DNA of 63,966 bases, the filler included, from Porpidia crustulata (Eukaryota): NCBI GenBank assembly GCA_964255105.1. It is 4 parts of 4 records of this genome, joined end to end, with 100 filler letters (N's around TTAATTAATTAA, not from the genome) between each part and the next. Parts side by side here need not be neighbours in the genome. Positions count along the whole stretch, not along the records: positions 1 to 16,232 come from CAXUWE010000267.1; positions 16,333 to 32,477 come from CAXUWE010000268.1; 2 more parts are not named here. One strand, 5' to 3'. This document shows, piece after piece, positions 13,063-24,839 of this stretch. The notes beneath the pieces were generated by a model, which made no database searches, was not told where the DNA came from, and was given only the letters and a program-made list of their open reading frames with translations. Positions within the stretch are counted from its first letter, which is position 1, and every line of letters begins with the position of its first letter. A program made the position numbers and the translations under genes.

Positions 13063-14188
13063 CGTAGCCTTGAACGGGAGCCTACAAGTGGCATGCGAGG
13101 GCAGATGAGGCTATGTAGAGGGGAAGGCGGGAAAAAGCAAAGCCATTAATGATAATAAGACGCAGACTGGACTAACAATCTGGTGACAATTTATGACTCT
13201 CAAGCACAGGTTAACACCTACACACCGTTATTTCCCTCGCGGCCCGTTGATCTTCAGAAATCCAACTACATGGAGCGATTGGCTGTGGACAGCTAGGGAG
13301 TACGGTAGTGAGGGGCAGCAGGTCGGCTCGTCTGTAACCCCACCACGAATAAGGCTGAACATCTACCGGCCCGCCTCGGCCTTTTCAGGGGCTGAGACAG
13401 ATTAACGACTTCAATAATCATCGACGTTGTCATATCGTTCGCCGGTCATATCATTCGACTGTGCTTCAGCAGATTATAGTCTACCGATCATGATAGCGAT
13501 ATGGACATCCTCCAACTAAGTCGGCTGCACAGGCACATCTAATCACGTAAGCGGCAGCTGTTACTGTATTCTCACAGAGTCCATGAGCGAGTATCGCTTT
13601 ACAGCATACTGCCGTTGGTAGTGGTTTTTTATCAGATGGGGTGGTACAATGATAACATGACAAGCGGAATTTCGAGGTGCAATGACGAGGATGGATAGGC
13701 CCCAGTATCTGTGCATTCCCTTAGAGAAGGCAAGGTAAGGTAAGGTAGCTAAAGTGAGGAAGGGTAGGTAGACTGGCTGCAAGGTAGGTCCAAATGGCTG
13801 GTGACATGCCCGGAGTTGGTAAATATTCTGGCAGGAATTACAGATGGGTAGGTAATCCGCTCCTCGCACAATCTTTCCGTCCAGGTATCACCTCTTGGGT
13901 AAATCGTTCATTCAACGGTCTTTGTGGCCTGTCCCGCTTGTCTTGTCAATTAATTTCCTCTGTAAACCAACATCGACTCCAGTTAATGGCAATCTCATAC
14001 AAGTGATCTTTACGTACATTCATGGATTGGCTGCACGATTTTAATTTGGAATAATTATCGACTTCCAAACAATCTTTCTATCTCAATAATTTCAGAAGCT
14101 TGACTCATCCGCAAAATCAGGGTCTAATTTCCTTACGTGGACATAAGACAAGAACAAATTGAACACGTCTCGAGGGCGTCTTGTCCAG

Positions 14189-15769
14189 ATGCTCCTTTAT
14201 GCGGCAATATTGACCTTGTTCGACAACTTTGTCAGATCCGCGTCGTTGAATGTGCCAGCAGCAGGCCCGGTCTCCACATGGCCATATCAATCCTTTGTAA
14301 CTGAGCCAAACTTCCACCCTCCAGTCTTGGACATATCGAAATCGGGAAATGTGACAGATGGCTTGTTCTTCTTCAGTCAAGTTCTCCCTAGGCCAATTGG
14401 GGCCCCGACTGTTGCGCCAATGATCATGACAGAAGCCGGTGATGCCGTGTGGCACGGTCCATACCCTGTGCAAGACCCTCATTCCCCATTTGGAACCGTC
14501 TACGGAAGTCTTGCAGTACAGCTGTTAGATGGTCAGGAGGTTCTGTCATACTGGAGCGGCCGATTGCTTATCAATGCAGTGGCCGGTTATGGTGTTGGCG
14601 TGGTCAAGATCTTTGATTCCACATATCAAGAGATCCATACTGTCAGTCTCGTGGATAGCAGTTTTGTCGCAGGAAATGGCTTGGACTATCCAGGCCAGTC
14701 GTACGTCGATCTTCATGAAAGTCTCATCACCTCGAAGGGATCTATAATTGTTACAGCCTACAACTCAACTCCTTACGACCTGTCTTCAGTCGGGGGCCCC
14801 AAAAATGGCTGGGTGAACGATAATCACTTCTATGAAATTGACATTAAGACCAACAAAACGCTGTTTAGGTGGAGCTCCTTGGACCACGTGGCGCAAATAC
14901 CAATCAATCAGTCGATGATGGTGGAGGAGAACGGCCAAATTATTGGTGGGCAGAGTGTGTCCACCCCGTGGGAGTACCTTAACCTCAACTCAGTCACCAC
15001 TTTAGCAGACGGATATCTCATTTCAGCTCGGTTGTTTTCATCAATCTACGCCATCAAAAAGGACGGATCAGTCATGTGGCATCTCGAAGGAATCACCGGC
15101 GGAGACTTTGCCCTGGGTCCAGGGGCCCAATTCCGGTATCAGCATGACGTTCGAGTAGCATACTCGTCATTCACAGAAGTCATCTTGACCATGTTCAATA
15201 ACGACAATTCCAATATCAACGGCACAAACGGCACATACCCCAGTACCGGTCTTACCCTTTCCTTGGACCTATGGAACCGCAAAGTAACAGTAGTGCGTGC
15301 ACTTCTCGACCCAAAAGATATCGCATTCTCGCCAAACCAAGGCAGCTACCAGGCTCTAAGCAACGGACACACTTTCCTCAGTTACGGCATGGTCGCCAAA
15401 TGGAAGGAGTTCGACCAGTACGGAAACCCTGTCATGACCGTCAATCTTGGAGACACCAGCTCCTATCGGACCTACTTGAAACAATGGAGCGCTATCCCCA
15501 CCCACGAACCTTTAGTCAACGCCACCGCCACTGGTCCCGATTCCACGGTCGTCTACATGAGCTGGAATGGCGCCTCTCCCGACGTATATGATTCCTGGCT
15601 CGTGTACGCCGCCGGCACCGATGGTCACTTCTCCCTGGCTGCCAACGTCTCGAGGACGGGATTCGAAACCAATGCGACTTTCCGGGCCGCGAAATTTGTG
15701 CAGGTGGCCCCGGTAAATGGAGCTCGGGTTCATTTCCACTCCGCCGTGATTGACGTCATGAAATTCTAG
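14189..15769 (+). CDS. Secreted arylsulfotransferase (ASST)-domain protein
   Basis: Intronless ORF with an N-terminal signal peptide (MLLYAAILTLF...). Fungal ASST motifs WPYQSF, DLHES, FYEIDIKTN.LFRWS.LDH, YQHDVR, QGSYQ.L.NG, SYR and VYMSWNGA. Confidence 0.88.
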   Translation: MLLYAAILTLFDNFVRSASLNVPAAGPVSTWPYQSFVTEPNFHPPVLDISKSGNVTDGLFFFSQVLPRPIGAPTVAPMIMTEAGDAVWHGPYPVQDPHSPFGTVYGSLAVQLLDGQEVLSYWSGRLLINAVAGYGVGVVKIFDSTYQEIHTVSLVDSSFVAGNGLDYPGQSYVDLHESLITSKGSIIVTAYNSTPYDLSSVGGPKNGWVNDNHFYEIDIKTNKTLFRWSSLDHVAQIPINQSMMVEENGQIIGGQSVSTPWEYLNLNSVTTLADGYLISARLFSSIYAIKKDGSVMWHLEGITGGDFALGPGAQFRYQHDVRVAYSSFTEVILTMFNNDNSNINGTNGTYPSTGLTLSLDLWNRKVTVVRALLDPKDIAFSPNQGSYQALSNGHTFLSYGMVAKWKEFDQYGNPVMTVNLGDTSSYRTYLKQWSAIPTHEPLVNATATGPDSTVVYMSWNGASPDVYDSWLVYAAGTDGHFSLAANVSRTGFETNATFRAAKFVQVAPVNGARVHFHSAVIDVMKF

Positions 15770-16232
15770 GTTGTGGAAGCCTGGTTCTGGTTCGAAGCAT
15801 GCGCTTAAAAGAAGAGGCGGGCAAGTATTTCATATAGATTTGGCTACGTGTGGAGCATGCCTGGAGATATCCTTTGCTAAAGGTGATAGATTCCGTGCAA
15901 GCTCCCGATAGAATTCTTTCTACTCTAGACGAAAAGCCAGATTGGTTACTAATGACATGATACCATTACTTTCGTCCAAAGAAGGTTTGGTTGCTAGGCC
16001 TCGATTCAATCCCATCCACCAAGAGCGATTACCGATGCCCGTGCACACAAAGATTGATCCTGAGCCCCAAACGACCAGCTTGACTATGTCCAAACATTAG
16101 AAAACGGCCTGTGCATCCCTAGAGCCAAAACTCAAATCTGATACATCAAGATTTATCCCAATATATCAACAATAGCCTTGAAACCCCTAGGGAACGCACA
16201 ATCCACGATACCCAACTTATCTTCATCCAAGC

Positions 16233-16332
16233 NNNNNNNNNNNNNNNNNNNNNNNNNNNNNNNNNNNNNNNNNNNNTTAATTAATTAANNNNNNNNNNNN
16301 NNNNNNNNNNNNNNNNNNNNNNNNNNNNNNNN
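16233..16332. other. Artificial contig spacer (44 N + TTAATTAATTAA + 44 N)
   Basis: Exactly 100 nt with stop codons in all six frames; identical to the other two spacers. Confidence 0.98.
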
Positions 16333-16958
16333 CCCCCCCAAAGAACAAACCTTTCTCCTACTCGCTGCACACAGCCCACGGCCCCATCAATCTCATATCA
16401 ACCGCTCCTCTCAAAACCCCAGCACCCTACAACGGGAGGAGCACCCACTACACCTTGTCAGAAGGAAGCGGGGGAGTAAATACGTTGAGCGGGCATTGGA
16501 TTTCCGAGGGTGGAGATGGGTCTCCACGTCGTCTCGCGCAGACGTATTTCATGTTCTAGATATCGTTTGTCAGGAACGATTGATCTCTTCTTCAATGTGG
16601 ACTTGTTGTTCCAATCTTTGAATCCAAGATCCACTTCATCTCATCTAAACGACTTATTCGGAAATGATGAGGATTGACTCTTTTTCTGGCTTTGGAAAGA
16701 ATTCCCCAAAAAATCGCGCTCCAAAATTTCTCTTCCAAAAATCCTACACCCCTGCATCCTTTGAACCACCATCCAACCCCCTAACTCTTCCATGAAGTCT
16801 CGAGATTCCATCCTCATACTTGCTTAGATCATGTATATACAATCACTTAGCCCGAACCTCGCCGCATCGCACTTGTTTGCAGGATCTCCAATAGCTTGGA
16901 AGTTGCCCAGCGCCCAAGCGAGCAAAGAGAATGAGCGTGGACAGAAGCGCACGAAAAA

Positions 16959-18516
16959 TCACAGCTTGCTCTTGGCCTCGTCGATAGTACCATCTTGTTT
17001 AAGCCGTACAAGACCCTACGGTAGAGGATGTCAGCGATGCTTTATTGTAGATAAGGAGTGGAGCAATAAGATCAACGGGGAGAACGTGGAATTGGTGGAT
17101 TACAATGGAATAGGAAGATAAGAGGGAGAACATGAACAGAACATAGACATTTGATAAACCATGTATGTAGACCATGGGAGGATCCGCGCAGATGTTTGCA
17201 GTTTTCGGGGGTTTCCAGATCAGAGGTTGACAAAGTGAGAAACGATAAACGAAGGTCAGGACTGAACGTTCGAATATCGCAAAAAGCAAAGAAAGAAAGC
17301 GGTGACTAACCTCCTGCACGCAACTCGCCACCAACTCCCCTCGTCGATTCCAAATTCTCTGAAATACCAATCCCCTCCCTTCGCCCCCCCACGGGCTTTC
17401 CATCTCTGCGCACAGCCACTCATCCGCCCGAATGTCCCTTGGTCGATGAAAGTATATCGTATGGTCCAAACTCACCATCATCCCCACCCTGCTCTCCAGC
17501 TTCCCTTCCTGAATGCCCTTGACGCCCTCGCTTATTTCAGCGGCTTCCATGGCTGCGATACGACTGAGTGGCGACTGGGGGTCAGGAGGGATACTGGGAC
17601 GGGCGAAACGCCAGAGGTTGTGGATGCGGCTTACGGTGCCGATGAAATAACTGTCGGACATGTACGCCAGGGCGGAAAGGTGGGCGTGGAGGCCGCCTGA
17701 TGGGGAGATTTGGCCGCGGGCTCGGATCCATTGACGGGTCTTCTTGGTGTGGGGATGAGGAGAATCGTCTGAAGTTGCGGGTTAATCGCAAGGAATAGTG
17801 ACAGGTCAGCGAGACGTACGGTTGAAGATGGCCATTCTTTTCGTAACAAACGGACCTGCTTCCTCAACGCCGAGAGCTGCAACATCTTTGTCTCCAGAAT
17901 CATCACCATCCTCAGCCAACATAGTTTCGAGTTGTTCGCGGACCCCTTCAGGCATATCCCAGCTATGATCTACAGTTTTAACACCTCCGCTGCCTTCACG
18001 CATAAAGCTGGCTGTTGTGGTGAAGATACACTTTCCTCTTTGCCTAGCTTGCACTGTCCTGGTCATAAAGCTTTTGCCTTCTCGTACTCGTTCCACGTGA
18101 TACAAGATAGGTATTGTAGCGTCGCCCGCGAGTACGAAATAGCAGTGCATGCTATGGACAAGGAATTCCGCATTGCCGTTTTCTGGAGAGGGAGGTGGGA
18201 TAGTGTGCTGGGCAGCGGCGAGACATTGCGCGACTACAGCGCCCCCATAGACCCCTCGGGCGTTGGGAGGGTGCCAAAGTTCTCTTTCCGAGTCAGCTTA
18301 GGCTAAGGGTTGAAGTATGAGCTATGGCAGTAAGACGAGCTAACCGGGTATTGGAGAAGATGTCCTGGGAGAACGGATTAATTAGATATTCAAAAAGAAC
18401 TGTACATTCATACTTACAGGCCCTATTGCAGAGAGTGTAGTGAGGTCGAGGACATTCTCAATGGCGGATTTGGAAGGATCTAGAGGAGGAGGTTTAATGA
18501 GCGTCGGGCTGGGCAT
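16959..18516 (-). CDS. TES1: Peroxisomal acyl-CoA thioesterase II (TesB/PTE1 double hotdog), 5 exons, about 365 aa
   Basis: Exons 18516-18418, 18364-18345, 18283-17820, 17768-17311 and 17015-16959. Motifs LWHPPNARGVYGGA, HSMHCYFVLAG, VREGKSF.TRTVQA, LAYMSD, MVSLDHTIYFH and CVQEGLVRL. C-terminal SKL is a PTS1 signal. Confidence 0.93.
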
Positions 18517-19106
18517 ACTGGCAGCTTATGGCACGATTGAAGCTTGAAAGAGGAGGAGCTTCCAGCTTTGTAGCAAGGCCTGTTGACAAGGTACTCTCAT
18601 CACCAGGACTATGGAGGAGGAGGCAGACGTGGCAGAGTGTTTTGCAGAGAGTGCCGCTGGTCCATGGGATTGTATAGATGCCGAGGTACAACCGGTACAA
18701 GACCGGAGTAGCTTCTTAGCTCCGAAGTGCTTCATTCCTGTTTAACCAATCATTTGTGGGTTGTGGGTGTATTCATTTAGCTGTATAAACTTATCAAGGC
18801 TAGAGGTGTCTTCGATATGATCAGCTTTGTTCTCAGGGCAAAATTCCGATAGAAAGGATTTGCCGATCTCTTCTAATTTTGCTCCTGAATTATATAGCAA
18901 GCACGTCTCCCATCTACGTCCGCCATAGTCAAATTGATAGATATGAATCTCAATCTTACAGTGCTGTTCAAGCTCAGCTAGAGTAATTGGACATGAGTAT
19001 TTGATATTTCGCCAATGTCCTTCCCAAGGTGCAAATCCCCGTTTCAAAATACCGAGCTCCGATGCTTGAGACAAAACCCCCTTTCCCGAGAATGACAATT
19101 AAGGCT

Positions 19107-20617
19107 TCAATCCCTCTCAAACCTTCCGAACCCATCGGTCTCGACTCTAACAATTCGCGGTACTACTTCTATGCCCTCCGTTATCTTCAACTTCCCAGCG
19201 CTGTTTCCCCCTCTTTCTATTTCAGCCCGCCTGCTTTCTCTACTGGCGCTCCTCCTTCTTTCCTCTTCAGAGGGCTCATCCATCATATGGTATGTGCTTT
19301 CTTCATCTGGTGGTTGCTGGTCACTCCTGCGATGGACATTCCTTTCATATGAGAGCGAAAGAAGTGGATTTGATTCTACGACTTGGTATCTATTTTGCCG
19401 TTCGAGCGGGTGGACATCTTGCAAAGGAGAGAGCTGCTGAGCAACTTTCTCGGGAGGATAGTAAGTCCTAGTGTCGACATGAGGTTGAGAGTTGTTCAAG
19501 GGAGAATATGAGGGAATGGCGAATTCAGGGGGCTCAGGGTTCTTCAAGGGACAATCGGCGGCACGGGCGACTCCACGGGCCGCCGGGGCTCCAGAGGCGG
19601 CGGAGGGGGGGTGGATGATATCAGGGACTGGCGAAATGGTACGGTTGGAGTTGTCGTGAGGTATATGGGACGCGGTTTCGCTGGAATAGCTTTGCAAAAG
19701 TGGTGGAGACGGCCCGGACTGGGTTTGCGATGGGTAGGGTGAAGGACCCACTTCGCGATTCGGAGGAGGGAAACGTTCGGGTATTGAAGAGTGCCCCAGG
19801 CTAAGGCTTCGGCCGTGGCGTGCCTCATACGCGTGTTGCGGTGCTTGTAGATACATAGTACCCGCTTTTCTCAGGGTTTCTGGGAGGTCGATCCGGAAAG
19901 TGCTAGCGTCAGGACTTGTCTTCTTGCCTTCCCGCGCCATGAGCAGGCGAAGGAGTTGTTGACGCTGTTGCTCGTCTTCAGGAAGGAGATTTATCGACTC
20001 AGAGTCGGAGCGGTGGCGGTGGCTGGTGTCGCGGGAACGAATCCCATCAACCTTGATCGCGGTATAGATAGTGAGGATCGTATAAACGAAAGTGGATAAG
20101 GCACCAAGAGTGATTGCCGCGACGGAAGATGGACTGAAGTGGGGAGAAGGATGGTGGTGGGTCGCAAGTGAATAGACGATGTTGAAGAGACCAAGGGCAG
20201 AGGAAGTAAGGCAAGGCCTGCATAGGTAAATAGTCTAGTTAGCTACTGTTCAGCAGAAGGGGATGAGGAGGACGACATACACACAAATGGTATCGAGCCG
20301 GAAGAGTAAGCTATGGCAGATGAACCAGAGAGCTATAGACATAGCAAAACCGAAAGCCAGCATGATACCAGTAACAATGGCTCCACTGCTAGGCCTCAGG
20401 GTGAGGTCTGCATCATTGTAAGAGGCTGTGGGAAAGATGAGGTAGCTGTAGAGTATCAGCTTACTCATTCAATCTTGAGCGAGACTGTTGCATACCCTAA
20501 CATGATGGCACCGGCAGATGCAATAGCTGCTGCTCTCCAGAACCACCTTGTATGATCCCTCTCGTTGTATAAGTCTATCAGCGTCCGTCTGGGCTTCCAT
20601 TTTGGATTAGGACCCAT
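19107..20617 (-). CDS. Hypothetical membrane protein (about 4 TM helices) with a long disordered C-terminal tail, 3 exons, about 465 aa
   Basis: ATG at 20617. Introns 20446-20495 and 20218-20280 (both GTATG..CAG) give one frame: MGPNPKWKPRR, hydrophobic segments, LLPEDEQQRQQLLRLL, then into ORF 19107-19940. Confidence 0.78.
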
Positions 20618-23600
20618 GGCAACGGTTGGGACTTCACACAGCAGAGAGGAAACGTTTTAGGAAACGAGATCGCGGTGAGAACCTTCGCAGTTCGGAGGTT
20701 GTTACGAGTACCAGTCCAACACGACTGAATGTCAAATGAAACGAGTCTAAGAAAAGAGATACTGCTACCATTCGCAACTTAGATTATTGCTGTGTTGAAG
20801 TGAGGATCTGCTTTTCACACGGAGCAAAGCGACCACACAGGTCGCTGTCGTGAGAATAGACATGAATGATTAAGGACGTCGTCCGGGGCAGATACAATAG
20901 CTGAGTAGGCATCAAAGGTGAGGCTGACAGTGCATCCTCTAGCTCTAAGCTGTGCTTGCAGGAAGGCTTAACTACCAACGGGCTCGGCCAGAATAATTAG
21001 TAACGACCAGGTACAGGGATCATTGCGGTCGCGCACAACGGCGGCTATGCTATCCTACCGAGGCCATATCAGGGAACAGTGGGCGAGTGGGCGTATCTTC
21101 GCACGCTGAGCCCAGCACGCAAGTCAGTTCAGAGTATCTCCAGTCCTTAGCAGTTGACAAATCGTGCACGATGAGTACGATATCGCATGCCATGATAGTC
21201 TCTTATGCAGTAGAATTTCCTGATCATGAATAGCCTGGTAGGTGATTGAAGAAAACAATGAGACTGGTTTGGATGTTTAGGCGGGACTAGTTTTATTTTT
21301 TCCCTACCGCTCCAAAGCAGTAGTGCACTGCTGGTACTGCAGGCGCACCTTTGGTACTACAACGGTAGATAGTGACTGTCCCATAGGGCTAGCCCTACTC
21401 TAGTACTGGGTTGGCTGCAGAGTTTATGTACGTAGTACTTCTTCCACCCCTTCTTCTTTTAAGTATCAGCATTGATAGGTATATAATCTATGCTAGATCA
21501 TCATAAATGCCACATCTGATTGCTACCTGCACCTTTATATCCCAATAACTCCGATCGGAGGATTGTCTAATCCACACAAACCAGTTGTAGCGTCCTGCGC
21601 GTCACAAGATTATCCAAGAAATAAGCTGAAGCTTTCCCGTTCTGTTGCTCAACTTACCGAGGCGGATATCCATTCGAGTCACTCAGTATCTGTATAGTAC
21701 TCCATCTCCTTGTTTTCAGTGCTACAGCGATAAAATCATGGCCATAACGCTTTTGACTCCTTTCTCTTCTCCTTGATTTCAAATGGCAAAATCCATGCCA
21801 AGGCTTCTTGCATCAACCATGTCTAGCCCCCCTTTTTGATCCATCCTGACTTATTAAATCTAGCTACTAAGGTCATGGACTTCTCGTAATTCATGATTGC
21901 CTCTTCAGACATCTCAAAGCTCGGATCCGGCTGTTACACGAATAGGAGCGTTGTAATATTTCGTTGATGTGTGTGTTTTTCTTACGTCGATACGATTCTC
22001 ATGTCATCAATCATGTCATTCTTTGAAGAGAAGGGTTTTGTTCATTCGTCTTGTGTAGTTGCACCGGACAGAACGGGATGATGTCTGGACCCCGCTCAAG
22101 GGCGGACGTATCGTACAGCAAGCAATCGGCTGGCCAGACTGTAAATATCTCGTCCCACCGGATATGGTACACTATCTCTTTGTCTCGGTCTCATCCTACG
22201 CTTAGTTCTCACATGCAGCCTTAAATCACGCTTTACTTCCCATCACCATAGTCGATCCTTTATCGATGACCTCCCTTAGCATAACCATATGCTAGGGACT
22301 TGTCTACGCCTATGGAACATCATAGAAGTCGACGGCGATATTGGTAACGCTTGCTAGATCATCGAGAAATTTGCAACAACTTTGAAACAATTGCAAGCTC
22401 ATTTATGTGAATCGATGCAGAAATCCTTGCAAGGGATTCCTTGAGCGTTACCCCGAAAATTTCATGCCCCTTCCCCACCCCCGCTGCCATGCTTTTCACC
22501 ATACCAAGCGCCATCCCAAGAAATCGTTTCGATAAGTTAGCGACGCGGGGCATTATCTCGCGACAACTCGATAGATCGACGCTCGTACGATCGTCCGAAC
22601 GAGGTCGCATAAACTTCTCTCGGTTCGTCGACTATCCTGGCTATACAACCAGCTATCTACTCGTTGCACGGATCAAGTCCTTGAAAAGCTTGTTACAATA
22701 GGAGATGGGATTCCGTTTGATATTGGGCTCGGATGATAGAGGGGATGAAGCAGCGAAAGGGGAAGGGGATAGAGGAGGTAAGGGGATTAGATCGTCGACT
22801 TATCGCTTTCTTTGGCGCGCAAGTTGAGATGGTGGTTGGTGGTGAGCGTGGGCGGTTCGGTCAGGTGCAAAGAGGTTAATGCTTGTTGGAGGTGGAAGGG
22901 TGATTTAGGGACGTAAGGGTAGTTGCCCTAGGGAGGGGGAAAGGGTGGTTGAAGAAGATCCAGAACGGTTGAGAGGGCTTCGGCGATGGTCTTCATGGTT
23001 CAATGGGCGATGGAGGACTTTCATGGCTGTTGAAATTTGGGGGCGTGCCCGGGTTGCAATGCATGATTTCAGTATCTACGTTTACGCTTCTGAAAGTCAT
23101 AATTCTGTATGCATTGAACAATTCTAACTCAGAAGATTCAACTGAATGAATGAGATCGTAGAAACTTTTGTGCGGATTCGTGGTGATGATTTCTGGGTGG
23201 AGGACTTTTTTCGAATTGTCCAAGGACTGCATTCATCTAAAGACTGCACTGAAAGTAATATCCAGCATTCAATGTAATCTCACAAACACTCAAACTGCAC
23301 AATCCAATCGCGCAGATATCGACAATGCTCATCCAGCAGGAGGTGTTCGATCCCTCACACGCCCTTATAGATTAAGCAATCGGCTTTGATTCGCGTTTTC
23401 CAATACGTGGGATTTTTATGTCGAAGAGGGATAACTAATAAGAGACGGCTATGTGTATTGATCGCTGCGTCTGGCATGTATTATGGGTTCTAGAAATTTA
23501 GTATTGGCATGTCGAGGATCCTTGCTTTTTTGACGGTGGGGGAAGATCTGAGATGTTGGTACTGAGCGGGTTTGTGTAATTTTTTTTAAGTTTTTTTTAG

Positions 23601-24839
23601 AAAAAATAACGGCATAGTCCGGATATAAGACGTATTTCAAGGGATCATGAAGTTGGTTGAATTATATTTTTGGGCAGCAATCTGCTAGCGACATCATTCG
23701 CTCATATCTGGTTTCTATGTTGCGGTTGTCGTTGCAAGTTGGTTATGATGAGATACAAGAATGACAGGATAATGCCATTGCGCAACTTACATCGTCCAAG
23801 CTTCTGTAGTCTTCCGCTGGCGCTTGATCCGATGGGACGATATCTCATTGACATCTAGATACATCTGGGCATACACTCGAAGAGGCTTTGATAGGAGATG
23901 CAGCCACGCAGCATGTCGTATTTTGTTCTGAATTTGCAAGGCAGCTCCTTTATGGGTTTGATTGCTTGCCTGAACATCCGTGCTTGGTTTGAGAGTTCCT
24001 GGGATAGGATGTAGTCTGCAATCTACCAGGACAGCGAGGGGGAGTGGCTTGAAAGCCATTTGTCTGATCGCGGCTGGATTGCGAAGATCCGTTGATTGTT
24101 ACTAGAACATTGAAACGGGTTGCTATGAGGCCCGAACAAATCCAAGTCGCTGCAAGTAGAAGCCGACTATCGACAGGATGTCTTGACTCTCCTGGGTCAA
24201 CGGTATGACCGTCACTAGCTCCACTCATAGGTAGATTTAAAGCTGTCCGCGACGCTGCTAATTTTGCGTCATCTCATACAAGATTGAAGTTTTCCTTTCG
24301 ACCCACAAGATCAAACATTTGACTATACGTTACATCCTATCATTTCCAGATGTGTTCTCACCCGAGATATATAGAAAGATATTTGTGTTGTGAAAACTGC
24401 GCCTGAAATCTACCTCTTCGCAAGTTGAACAGAAGTATGCACGAATCCACTCAATATCAGATGACCTTCATGTAAAAGCTTTCCCGTGATCAACAAGTAT
24501 AAGAGAATGAGGTCTCGGATCGCAAAATAACGCTGAGTATTGGCTCACAGAGCTACATCACAACAGTGTTCCAAGAACGTAGTAGGTCTCGGAAAGAAGC
24601 ACTAATTCGCATTTATCATGCAACGTGTAAGCATACATTATTCTTTGTTTCAAGATGTTCGAGTCAGCCCCATGTTAGAAAAAGGGGGCTCTGGTGGTAT
24701 CTCGATATACTTCTACTTTGCCATTACCGTACTTGGTTGAACGCTAGTCTGCTCGATCTGTTAATCCTAGATCTGAAACTTATCGGCAAAACGCTCGTCG
24801 TGATCCATGGTGGCTTAGATATTTGAATAGGGCAAGACG

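Noticed and set aside
16277..16288. TTAATTAATTAA palindromic motif recurring three times
   Set aside because: Artificial all-frame stop linker centred in N runs; not a biological element or piggyBac target site.
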